IMG/VR virus record: IMGVR_UViG_3300037294_000266
Span: 124,001-188,000 of that record
Length of the DNA stretch: 64,000 nucleotides
Strand: one strand, 5' to 3'
The notes below the pieces were generated by a model that ran no database searches, was not told the origin of the DNA, and saw nothing but the letters and a program-made list of their open reading frames with translations. Below, in pieces: positions 55,387 through 64,000 of this stretch (the first letter of the stretch is position 1; every line of letters begins with the position of its first letter). The position numbers were made by a program, and so were the translations under genes.

Positions 55387-57954
55387 TTAAATGGGCAGGT
55401 GATGGATCGTGACAGAGTTCGTGATGTCGATAGCATCATCAAGCATCACACGAATCGCCCGCGCCACAAAGTTGTATTGGTAGATCGGCAACTCTGTAGT
55501 TACGTTGTGTTCATGTGCACTGATTGATACATAGCGCTCATCAAACCCTTTCATGGTCGGTTCATACTTAAGCAACCAGACATACGGCTCACACCATTGA
55601 CGCACTTGTACGTCGGTGTAGGCCTGCATGAGAGGCTCGGAGTCGATGTAACCTGACTGGAGATCGTGGATGATCTTCCCGACAAATGGACTATAAAGCT
55701 TATGTCGATATGGAATGAGGTTTACCTCAGGAGGATCTACCTCATCAATCCGTGTCGTCATGTAGTCTTCGATTTCCAAGTCAGTCGCTTCAGCCAATGC
55801 CCTGAGATCGAACGCTGCGGCGTAGGTCAACCCGCGCAATGGGATTAACGGTTCGGTGACCTGATAAGGGGCGCCGTTACGTACAGAATCCAGACGAACA
55901 GTAGGACGATCTTCAGCCCAGTTCAATTCGTCCGAAGAGAACAGTCGCCCATCTGCAATCACTCGAATGACTTTATCATCACGAAGATTCCAGCGGTTGT
56001 TTCGACTGAGCAATCCGTCCTCAACAAAACCAAACTCGCTTTCCTTGACCCTCGACATGTCAGCATTACAGAACCCTGTGGATCGGACAGTGATGACATC
56101 ACCGCCTTCGCCAAAGTTACGGTACTGTTTGTTAACAATGAAGAACTCACGATCTTCCATGAACCAATCCAAACCTTCAATGATCGGATGGCCATTGAGC
56201 CAGAACTCTAAGAGCCCTGATGGTATTTCAACCAGTCCGTTATACAAGATCCCGTCGATGCGAATCTCTTTAACGTTTAGATGGAAACGCAACAGCCCGT
56301 CTTGATAGTTCAAATGGAGGTTGTAGGTCAGGAACGTATCATCCATCTTGATGGCGGTATAGAACTCGCTCGGATTGACTTTCCAGACCATTTCACCTGA
56401 CAGCAAGTCGTAGTAAGTACCGTTATCAGTGACATCGATCCAATCGCCATTCGGCACGCCGTTAACAATCGGACACACGTAACAGCGATATGCAATGCCT
56501 ACAGGAGGTTTGTAGTTAGCCGCATACTTCGTCGACTGTACTTCAGACCCACGACCTACGATGCCTTCAATGTAGCGACAATCTACCGAACGTGGTACGT
56601 ACCATTGAACGTTCTGATTAGGGTACCAGTTTAACAGTACGCCATTGCCATCGTATTCATAAACAGTACTTTCGCCACGCAACGCAAATGGCAATTCGAC
56701 CCAGGCTTTCGGAGTCGGTACTTTCTGAGGAGTGTCGGCCACAATCTTGGTGATCGTGTTATAACCGTAAGCTTCCTCGACCATTTGACGAGTGACTGTT
56801 CCAGCATGTGCCCGCATGATACCAGGATACATTGATTTCTCAAGTTCCTCAACCCGCCACACGCTTACGACTGCATCGGTACCGATGATTGCATTCAACC
56901 AGTCTTCTTCGCCAAGGCGATAAAGTTCTTGGATGTGATGCGCTTCACTCATCAGAGTCTTGTCCATACCAGACCGACGGATTACCAACTGAAGGGTCAG
57001 TTGATTAGCCACAGCCCAGTTAGGGTTCATTGCAACGAAGCGTGAGACGTACACTGCTGGAATGGAATAGTCGCGATGAGTGACATGACGGACAGCGTCT
57101 TCCTGATTCTTGTGGAAGAATACACCTTTGTGAATGAACGGTGTGCGCTTGTACATCAGAAACAAATCGATGTCGTCTCGATACCGGATCAGATCACTGC
57201 CATCTCTAGCAGGATGGATCAGGTACTTCTGCTTACTGTCCAGTTCGGATAAAAAGACGGGAAGGTCTTCAACTTGGAATTCCTCCACACGCTCCACAGA
57301 CGCGTCACGTACCATCTCAACATAGTCGCCTTTAACTACAGTAGCTGTGTTGAGATCATTGACCCGCCAGCCGTTTACAAAGGTGAATACATAGCCGGGT
57401 TTGGCCTGCCATGTACGTAACTTGTTAGTAAGCTGGTTGATGCCAGAAGCATTCGCAGGAACGACGTAGTGATACTCGATACCGTCAGTAGGGTCTTCCA
57501 TGTCCAGACGATTGAAGTACTCGTTACTGTAGAACCTTACGTAGATATCGTCAGTACCGAAATTACCAATCGTTGGCAAATGTTCCAAAGCGATAGCCAG
57601 GTTGCCGTCATCCGTATAAAGGAAGTAGGCCAAGCGCCGCGGATACATCAATCCCTTGTCACTGTAAATATCGATGAGCACATTGTTCTTAACCATCTCA
57701 ACACTCGAACTGACCCACGTGTTACGTGGAAGATCCAGATTCAAATTACTGAGAGCGATGTTCGAGAATGTGAATACGTGATACCGTGGACCTTGCGTCG
57801 GGAGAGTGACGTTCTTCCACAGCACATCGATTGAACCACGAGCCCCGATCTTAGGGCTAATGCGCGCTGGACGTAAGACGTGTTGACGGTCTTGTTCTGG
57901 AGCGCACCACACACTCTTATAAGCGTGTCTGATCAAGAAATCATCGGAGGTCAT
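55387..57954 (-). CDS. Virion structural protein (phiKZ gp27 position)
   Basis: 855 aa; N-terminal WCAPEQDRQ motif; synteny. Confidence 0.7.
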   Translation of the reverse strand: MTSDDFLIRHAYKSVWCAPEQDRQHVLRPARISPKIGARGSIDVLWKNVTLPTQGPRYHVFTFSNIALSNLNLDLPRNTWVSSSVEMVKNNVLIDIYSDKGLMYPRRLAYFLYTDDGNLAIALEHLPTIGNFGTDDIYVRFYSNEYFNRLDMEDPTDGIEYHYVVPANASGINQLTNKLRTWQAKPGYVFTFVNGWRVNDLNTATVVKGDYVEMVRDASVERVEEFQVEDLPVFLSELDSKQKYLIHPARDGSDLIRYRDDIDLFLMYKRTPFIHKGVFFHKNQEDAVRHVTHRDYSIPAVYVSRFVAMNPNWAVANQLTLQLVIRRSGMDKTLMSEAHHIQELYRLGEEDWLNAIIGTDAVVSVWRVEELEKSMYPGIMRAHAGTVTRQMVEEAYGYNTITKIVADTPQKVPTPKAWVELPFALRGESTVYEYDGNGVLLNWYPNQNVQWYVPRSVDCRYIEGIVGRGSEVQSTKYAANYKPPVGIAYRCYVCPIVNGVPNGDWIDVTDNGTYYDLLSGEMVWKVNPSEFYTAIKMDDTFLTYNLHLNYQDGLLRFHLNVKEIRIDGILYNGLVEIPSGLLEFWLNGHPIIEGLDWFMEDREFFIVNKQYRNFGEGGDVITVRSTGFCNADMSRVKESEFGFVEDGLLSRNNRWNLRDDKVIRVIADGRLFSSDELNWAEDRPTVRLDSVRNGAPYQVTEPLIPLRGLTYAAAFDLRALAEATDLEIEDYMTTRIDEVDPPEVNLIPYRHKLYSPFVGKIIHDLQSGYIDSEPLMQAYTDVQVRQWCEPYVWLLKYEPTMKGFDERYVSISAHEHNVTTELPIYQYNFVARAIRVMLDDAIDITNSVTIHHLPI

Positions 57955-57966
57955 GTGTTCACCTGT

Positions 57967-58905
57967 TTATTGACGGTCTTTGCCCCGTGCTTGACCGGCC
58001 AGTGCTTCCATCGAACGGGAGAACTCTTGACCGATGCGGCCAGTAGCGAGTTTCTCAACCAAACGACCGAGATACGTCTTACGCCAAACCTTGGCGTTAG
58101 CGGCGGCTTCAACCAAGGCCAGGAAGGCTGGTGGATATTCTAGAGCAACAGCGGATATTTCTTGAGCACCGTAACCGAACCACGAAGTGTTCAGAGCGCG
58201 TACAATGAAGCCCACGTTGATCTGACTGACACGAGAGTTGTTGGAGAAATGGGCATGAATAGCAGCCACATAATCTTCCAGCAGGTTCATGTACGGCATC
58301 TCATTAACGATGCCTTGGATCAGTGGAACCGGTGACCGAGTCCAACGACTGATCATCTTCACAACCTTTTCTTTACCCTGTACAGAGATGATTTCATCTG
58401 CTGCGTGAAACTGGTGCAGGTAGAAAGTGGCAGTAATGATTTGAAGCTCGCGGCTAACATCGAGATCAATACCGATTTTGTTGCCAATGGCATGACTCAC
58501 CCAGGAGATGTAAGTCTGGGCCGCCAGATCACCGACACGAGTAAAGTCACCTCGTACAGATGGATCATTTACCCAGAGGGCTGTTAGCTCACCAATGCGG
58601 ATAAAGAAATCTGCCTGCAATTGGTTGTTAACGACAAACCCTACATCCGAGCGATTTTCACGACGCATGAACGACCGACCATCCATAAAGACAGCCTTCG
58701 AATCACTGAGCTTTCTGTCAGCGTATTCTTGAGCTGTAATAGGGAGTGTGAATGCCGGAACATTTTCATTCATAGGTGTGACCACAATCACACTTGCACC
58801 TTCTGCAAGCAGACCACCGGAGGCTTTGGCAATCGCCAATTCACTCAATGTGGTGGCCAACTTATGCTGACGCAGCACGGTGGAATTCCAAGGACTGTTG
58901 ATCAT
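57967..58905 (-). CDS. Virion structural protein (phiKZ gp28 position)
   Basis: 312 aa, GAGGA RBS, synteny. Confidence 0.7.
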   Translation of the reverse strand: MINSPWNSTVLRQHKLATTLSELAIAKASGGLLAEGASVIVVTPMNENVPAFTLPITAQEYADRKLSDSKAVFMDGRSFMRRENRSDVGFVVNNQLQADFFIRIGELTALWVNDPSVRGDFTRVGDLAAQTYISWVSHAIGNKIGIDLDVSRELQIITATFYLHQFHAADEIISVQGKEKVVKMISRWTRSPVPLIQGIVNEMPYMNLLEDYVAAIHAHFSNNSRVSQINVGFIVRALNTSWFGYGAQEISAVALEYPPAFLALVEAAANAKVWRKTYLGRLVEKLATGRIGQEFSRSMEALAGQARGKDRQ

Positions 58906-59069
58906 TGCTGGTTCCTCTTCGGTTGAAGCCAGTAAAAAAATACAAATTAGTATGTGGTGGTGGTATCGAACACATTCGAGTACCGTATCCTACGTGTTAT
59001 TGTAGGCAAGGGCCATACCATTCGTAACTTCACGCGCGAAGTTGATTTTATTCCCATGGGAGACGTATA

Positions 59070-61145
59070 ATGTCGTCTGTATCGATGGCTTCATCTTTGC
59101 CGCGCACGGAAGTGCTCGGCTTCAAGGATGTGAGCGGTCAAGGCCAGCCGCTGGAGATCGTAGACCTTCCGATCTTTCTGCCCTGGTCTCCGCTGTTCAC
59201 AGCCTGGGGTCCTTCTGACGCTGCCAATGTGGTAAGCGGCAATGGCTTCAGCACTATCTATGGCGCCGAGACTTTCAGTGCCGGTTCCATCTTCATGAGC
59301 CACCAAGCAGCCATGCTGCAAAAGGTTCTTCAGACAGGTGCTCTGTCCCTCGTTCGCCGGATGAAACCGGAAGATGCTGCTACAGCAACTATCCGTATCT
59401 GGATCGACCTGGTACCAGAAACCCTGAAAGAATACGAGCGTAATCCAGACGGTACTTTCAAGCGCACTAACGGTGCTCTTGTTGAAGTGGATGGCGATGG
59501 TGTTCCTGGCTTCCGTTATCGCTTCCTCGTTGACGAGCCTGGCGAAGAGGGCCTGCGCCAAGGCAGTCCTCAAACTGGCGGCCTGACTAACGAAGAGGGC
59601 GAACCCTCTACCATGTATCCGCTGATCGATATCGACGCCCGTTTCTTTGGTGCGAAAGGTTCGAATTTCGGCATTCGTCTGTCGGCTCCGAATACCAACT
59701 CTACCACTCCGGCTAACGCTGAGCTGGTGGAAGATCAGAATGCATTCATGTATCGCCTGGCGATCTTGGAACGTGTCAATGCGAACAGCACTGGCCAAGT
59801 TCTGATGAACCTGAATGGCAACCCGTTTGTTGAGTTTGCGCTCAAGCAGAATGTTGTCGATTCGAAAACGAATATCAACTACGGCCACGACAAGCGCGTC
59901 TTGTCTGCTTTCGAAGACAACGATCCTGACGTCTTCTCTGGCTACGGTCCGTTGAAATCGTTCCACGTTTACAGCAATCACCTCAAGACAGTTCTCGAGA
60001 TGTTCTACGAAGCTGAAGCGGGTTACGGTTTGCTGCCAAGCACTGGCGAAACTACTGATGCTGCCATGTACGCCAACCTGGTGAACATGATCGGTTGTTC
60101 CGACATCAACGGCGTCCCTTACTACGCGCTTCAACTGGAAGGTCCTACCTCCGGCGGTGTGTTGTTTGGCGACAGCGCTACTCACTGGCTGATCGGTGGT
60201 AAAGACGGCGACGTGTCGCCTGAAGCCTACGACGAAGCCGTGGCTAACGAACTGAACACGTTTGGTGAAGGCGAGATCGCTTACTCTGACCGTGCCAGCT
60301 ATCCGATGTCTGCGTTCATCGATACCGGTTTCACGCTGCAAACCAAGTTGCTCATGGCAAACATCATGGCTGTACGTCCTGATGCATGGGTACTGGCATC
60401 CACTCAGGATGTCATGGAGCCGCTGAACACCTTGGAAGAAGATTCCAACATCGGTGCTTCGTTGCGTAATGCTCTGGCCCTGGTTCCAGAATCCGAGTTC
60501 TACAACACCGGCGCTTGCCGTGCTGTCGTTATGAAGCATGCAGGTCGCTACCTGGACTCCGAGTACACTGGCATCCTGCCGTTCACTGTTGACTTCGCTG
60601 CAAAGATCGCCACCTACATGGGTAGCGCTCGTATGGTCAACGGCTATGCTCCGGATAACGGCTACTACCGTGTTGTGTCTCGCTTCGTCGAGCATAATGC
60701 CAAGTTCCGTCACATCAAGCCACGCAACACCGATTGGCAAGCAGGTATCTCTTCTGCTGAGCCGTTCGATCACCGTGGTCAGGTGTTCTTCCCAGGCATC
60801 CAGACTGTTTACCACGACAATACCTCGGTGTTGAATTCGTTCTTCCCGATGGCTATCTGCTGCCACCTGAACCGTCTGGGCGAATTGGCCTGGCGCATGT
60901 TCACTGGCGACAGTCGTCGTACAGCCGGTGAATACACCACGTTGGTTGACCGTTTCTTGGAAGACCAGATCAAAGACCGTTACGATGGTCGTGCCGACAT
61001 CACCCCGCGTTCCTACTACACCCCGGCTGACACTCAGCGTGGGTACAGCTGGCACACGGATATCGAAGGTCTGTTCGATGGCATGAAGACAGTCGGTGTA
61101 CTGACTGTTGTTGCCGGTCGTCGGGCTGGGCAGGAGACTGAATAA
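59070..61145 (+). CDS. Contractile tail sheath protein
   Basis: 691 aa followed by a tube-sized gene; GGKDG, DTGF, and C-terminal RYDGR...YYTPAD...GYSW sheath-like region; strong codon bias. Confidence 0.88.
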   Translation: MSSVSMASSLPRTEVLGFKDVSGQGQPLEIVDLPIFLPWSPLFTAWGPSDAANVVSGNGFSTIYGAETFSAGSIFMSHQAAMLQKVLQTGALSLVRRMKPEDAATATIRIWIDLVPETLKEYERNPDGTFKRTNGALVEVDGDGVPGFRYRFLVDEPGEEGLRQGSPQTGGLTNEEGEPSTMYPLIDIDARFFGAKGSNFGIRLSAPNTNSTTPANAELVEDQNAFMYRLAILERVNANSTGQVLMNLNGNPFVEFALKQNVVDSKTNINYGHDKRVLSAFEDNDPDVFSGYGPLKSFHVYSNHLKTVLEMFYEAEAGYGLLPSTGETTDAAMYANLVNMIGCSDINGVPYYALQLEGPTSGGVLFGDSATHWLIGGKDGDVSPEAYDEAVANELNTFGEGEIAYSDRASYPMSAFIDTGFTLQTKLLMANIMAVRPDAWVLASTQDVMEPLNTLEEDSNIGASLRNALALVPESEFYNTGACRAVVMKHAGRYLDSEYTGILPFTVDFAAKIATYMGSARMVNGYAPDNGYYRVVSRFVEHNAKFRHIKPRNTDWQAGISSAEPFDHRGQVFFPGIQTVYHDNTSVLNSFFPMAICCHLNRLGELAWRMFTGDSRRTAGEYTTLVDRFLEDQIKDRYDGRADITPRSYYTPADTQRGYSWHTDIEGLFDGMKTVGVLTVVAGRRAGQETE

Positions 61146-62011
61146 TGGGCGTCCGTCATCGCGATACGCTCCTGGGCAATGGCCTGGGTTACGGTGAGTT
61201 TAACAACTCACCCATGGTGAACCTGGCGATCGGTGGGCAGAACGCCTACCAGTCTGACCTGCGTTACTTCCATGCGAACACTGACTACGTCCGCCGTAAC
61301 CTGATCATCAAGGTTCTGCAAGCTCCTCGTGGCTTCCAGTATCTAGATAATCCGGACAGCTACTACAAAGCCCTTAAAGGCATTGTAGAGATGCACGCAC
61401 AGACTTGGGACGGCTTCAACCGTACCTTGACCGTGAACAGCGTCGAAGCGCCGGTGTCGGGTGCTGGTGAGATGCAGCAAACACCAAGCAACGTGACGCG
61501 TCAGCGTTCCGATCCTTCCATGACCATCCGTGAGAAGTACGGTCGTCCAGTTCAACGGTTCTTCGAATCGTGGATTACCGAGCTGATCATGGATCCGGAC
61601 TCGAAGGTGCCTGGCATCTCCACTCGCATCAACGGGCCAACTGACCTGCTGCCGGATATGTATTCGATGAGCATCATTGCTTACGAACCAGATCCTTCGT
61701 TCAGCAAAGTCAATGCCGCCTGGCTGATGACCAACATGTATCCGACCACAGCCGGTGATTTCACCGGTCGTCGTGATAAGACCGCTGATGGCGAAGAGCT
61801 CATGCTGACCATTCCGTTTACCGGTATGCAGCAAGTGGGTATCGCAGTCGACCGTTTCGCCCAGCAACTGCTGGATGCGATGCCTAAGACGGGTACTTCT
61901 CCAAACCTGAAACCGGCCTTCATGAGCGCTGTGGAACAGGACGTGCTGAAAGCACAGGTTGGTTTCACAGAGCAGGTAGCGGAGTTCAACCGCACATTCA
62001 TCAAGCTGTAA
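61145..62011 (+). CDS. Tail tube protein
   Basis: 288 aa, TAATG coupling to the sheath; AWLMTNMYP..G motif typical of tube proteins. Confidence 0.85.
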   Translation: MGVRHRDTLLGNGLGYGEFNNSPMVNLAIGGQNAYQSDLRYFHANTDYVRRNLIIKVLQAPRGFQYLDNPDSYYKALKGIVEMHAQTWDGFNRTLTVNSVEAPVSGAGEMQQTPSNVTRQRSDPSMTIREKYGRPVQRFFESWITELIMDPDSKVPGISTRINGPTDLLPDMYSMSIIAYEPDPSFSKVNAAWLMTNMYPTTAGDFTGRRDKTADGEELMLTIPFTGMQQVGIAVDRFAQQLLDAMPKTGTSPNLKPAFMSAVEQDVLKAQVGFTEQVAEFNRTFIKL

Positions 62012-62019
62012 GGCTTGGC

Positions 62020-62070
62020 GAAAAAGAAAAAAAGAACGGATGGAGAGGGAGCCGAAAGGCTCCCTCTTTA
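62020..62070. terminator. Bidirectional terminator
   Basis: AGAGGGAGCC-GAAA-GGCTCCCTCT with an A-tract and TTT. Confidence 0.8.
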
Positions 62071-62079
62071 TGCCGCCGG

Positions 62080-63129
62080 TTACGAAACGTACGTCAGAAC
62101 AAACGGACGTAGATGTTTGGCATCTACCATGAAGGCAGTGCCATCTTCAGTGCGAGTCAAGTGCGACCCAATGGTTACCAGCCCACGCCCTGCACGAGTA
62201 GAGTCTGCCTTCTTGACGATGAACTTCTTCTCTACCGCATCAAAATCACTGATGCGATAAAGCTCTTTCTCACCTTCGACTTCAACGTACTGATGGAACT
62301 GAGGAATCCATGACAACCGCGCTGTATCAGCAACCTGCGGCTTTTCCTGGAACCCAGTGAGCATGGTGACGAAGAACATCGCCGTCACTGTACTGGTCTT
62401 GAACTCAGGTACCGTCATTACAGGAGATGCCCGACCTGTGTTCTCACACACGCGGTAGTAGTGGCAGTTGGAGTCATGACGAAGGAACGTAATGAGCTGC
62501 TCGCCATTGACTTCTGAAATCGCCACATCGACCGAATCGCCAGGGAAGCGCATGCCCTGCTTATCAATGATCGAATAGGCTGCTTTGATCCAACGGCCTT
62601 CCATCAGATGCTGAAGGTATTCGAATGAAGCAACGTCGTCGAACGTAACGCGATAAGTATCGCCACGATCACCATCAAGGTTAACCTGATGGCGAGCAGG
62701 GCGTTGCATCGCGTTGCCATGTTTAACAGCGGCAGTCGGAACGGTGGCCGGATCGTCACCGAATGCCTTAAGGACATCTTCAGCGACGTTACTTGCAGCA
62801 GGTACCCACTTGAAGCTGAACACCGCATAGATAGGACCTGCAAGCGAAGGATAGGCCATCACGGTCCCACAAGCCACCACAATCATCCAATGCTCGACTT
62901 TCCCGTCGGCTACGGTAGTGAGGACCAGTTTGCGATGTTTATTGCCCGACTCCAGTGTGACAATATTGACCTCAGAGTCTTTCGTTAAATTAACAGCGGC
63001 AGCGGTCGTCTGACAACGCACATAGCCGTATTCTTCACACTGCTTGAAAAATGCGTCGAACGAGTTATTGCTAACGAACTTACCGTCGTTAAGTTGTTTG
63101 AAAGTGCCTTTACCAGTAGAAGCTGTCAT
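62080..63129 (-). CDS. Hypothetical multi-domain protein
   Basis: 349 aa, GAGG RBS, own promoter-like motif at 63173-63180. Confidence 0.8.
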   Translation of the reverse strand: MTASTGKGTFKQLNDGKFVSNNSFDAFFKQCEEYGYVRCQTTAAAVNLTKDSEVNIVTLESGNKHRKLVLTTVADGKVEHWMIVVACGTVMAYPSLAGPIYAVFSFKWVPAASNVAEDVLKAFGDDPATVPTAAVKHGNAMQRPARHQVNLDGDRGDTYRVTFDDVASFEYLQHLMEGRWIKAAYSIIDKQGMRFPGDSVDVAISEVNGEQLITFLRHDSNCHYYRVCENTGRASPVMTVPEFKTSTVTAMFFVTMLTGFQEKPQVADTARLSWIPQFHQYVEVEGEKELYRISDFDAVEKKFIVKKADSTRAGRGLVTIGSHLTRTEDGTAFMVDAKHLRPFVLTYVS

Positions 63130-63231
63130 GTTGGTGTTCCTCTCAGGTGGTTAGGGTTGTATATTCAACTCTATCATGTATCCGTAAAACAAATTCGAAT
63201 CGACATAAAGGCCGGCATCGGCCGACCCTAG

Positions 63232-63618
63232 TCAATGAACCTGAGTATGCACTGGATAGTCAAAGACCACCCATCCCTTCGCAGTACGTACCGCCCAGTC
63301 ATTACTCGACCATGTTCTCTTCACATCTCTGCCGTACGGCGTAGCGTGTTTTAGAGGAGGTTGGAGGTTGTTGCGATTCTTGACGAGGTCCAGGATAAAC
63401 GAGCCTGTCCTGATAACGATCCTGATATCTAGAATCGCCTCATTGCTGTCCATGGCGCGTATATCTAAATATCCCTCACTACCATGGCCGTGAATACCGT
63501 TGTCGTCTTCTACAGCCCTTAGAAGAGCTTCCAGGGCTGTATGATTGAAGGCTGACTCGATGGAATCACGCTCACCATCATAAGGAGTGATATACGCACT
63601 CTTTATCTGAACTGTCAT
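63232..63618 (-). CDS. Hypothetical protein
   Basis: 128 aa, ATGA overlap with the upstream gene. Confidence 0.7.
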   Translation of the reverse strand: MTVQIKSAYITPYDGERDSIESAFNHTALEALLRAVEDDNGIHGHGSEGYLDIRAMDSNEAILDIRIVIRTGSFILDLVKNRNNLQPPLKHATPYGRDVKRTWSSNDWAVRTAKGWVVFDYPVHTQVH

Positions 63619-64000
63619 GTGTCTTTACTGCCATCGATGACCTTGAAACGTGCTCGCCGTATTTTCTTTTCTTCTGCTGCTATAGCGGTACGGTTAGCAA
63701 GTTCAGCATGCAGTGTTTCACCGACTGTAATAAACGACAGCGCAGAAAGAACGCTACACAGGTCTTCCACCGGATAGAAAACAAAGGCTTCGCCATTATC
63801 AACCATCTGAACATCACCGGCTGCATCCTCCCCCAAGGAATAATCAGGCATGACATTGAATCGATTCTCATCGAGACCGACATCAATGATCATTACATCG
63901 ACAACGCCTTCGTAATCTAGAAACACGATCCGAAGCCGGTAGTCGTAAATATCCCAAGGTGAATTAAAGAACGTGATGTCGATAGAGTCGTTATCAGGAT
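63615..64000 (-). CDS. Partial hypothetical protein (5' end beyond the window)
   Basis: The frame of the 63615..63926 ORF stays open to the window edge (PDNDSIDITFFNSPWDIYDYRLRIVFLD...). Confidence 0.65.
   Translation of the reverse strand, partial: PDNDSIDITFFNSPWDIYDYRLRIVFLDYEGVVDVMIIDVGLDENRFNVMPDYSLGEDAAGDVQMVDNGEAFVFYPVEDLCSVLSALSFITVGETLHAELANRTAIAAEEKKIRRARFKVIDGSKDT

Noticed and set aside
59091-61055. 654-aa antisense ORF over the tail sheath
   Set aside because: Same codon-bias artefact as for chimallin.
63880-63930. FLDYEGVV resembling HAD motif I
   Set aside because: The second Asp is replaced, the motif is internal to a truncated ORF, and no other HAD motifs follow.
1-64000. 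tRNA genes, CRISPR arrays, alternative genetic code
   Set aside because: No cloverleaf or repeat-spacer pattern was seen by eye, and core genes are full length under the standard code. A tRNAscan-SE run would be needed to exclude tRNAs formally.

Overview
This is a 64 kb segment of a nucleus-forming jumbo phage genome (phiKZ-like, Chimalliviridae), about 50% GC by eye. Most early genes are on the minus strand. It carries the nuclear shell protein chimallin (ChmA), the tubulin PhuZ, and the conserved non-virion RNA polymerase block (beta'-N with NADFDGD, beta-C, beta'-C, sigma-like subunit). The putative import factor PicA and the RNA-binding shell protein ChmC sit in their usual syntenic positions. 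Also present are a virion RNAP beta'-C subunit, a family B DNA polymerase catalytic part, an SbcD/Mre11 nuclease, an SF2 helicase interrupted by a class 3 mini-intein, the large terminase, tail sheath and tube, and several accessory clusters. I saw no tRNA, rRNA, CRISPR array or self-splicing intron. The most unusual items are a tandem array of about 10 very divergent small alpha/beta proteins with overlapping frames between the DNA polymerase and PhuZ, a 942-aa Trp-rich repeat protein, a recurrent TACATKRT early-promoter cassette, and several structured non-coding stretches. All phiKZ gp numbers come from recalled synteny and motifs, not from database searches.
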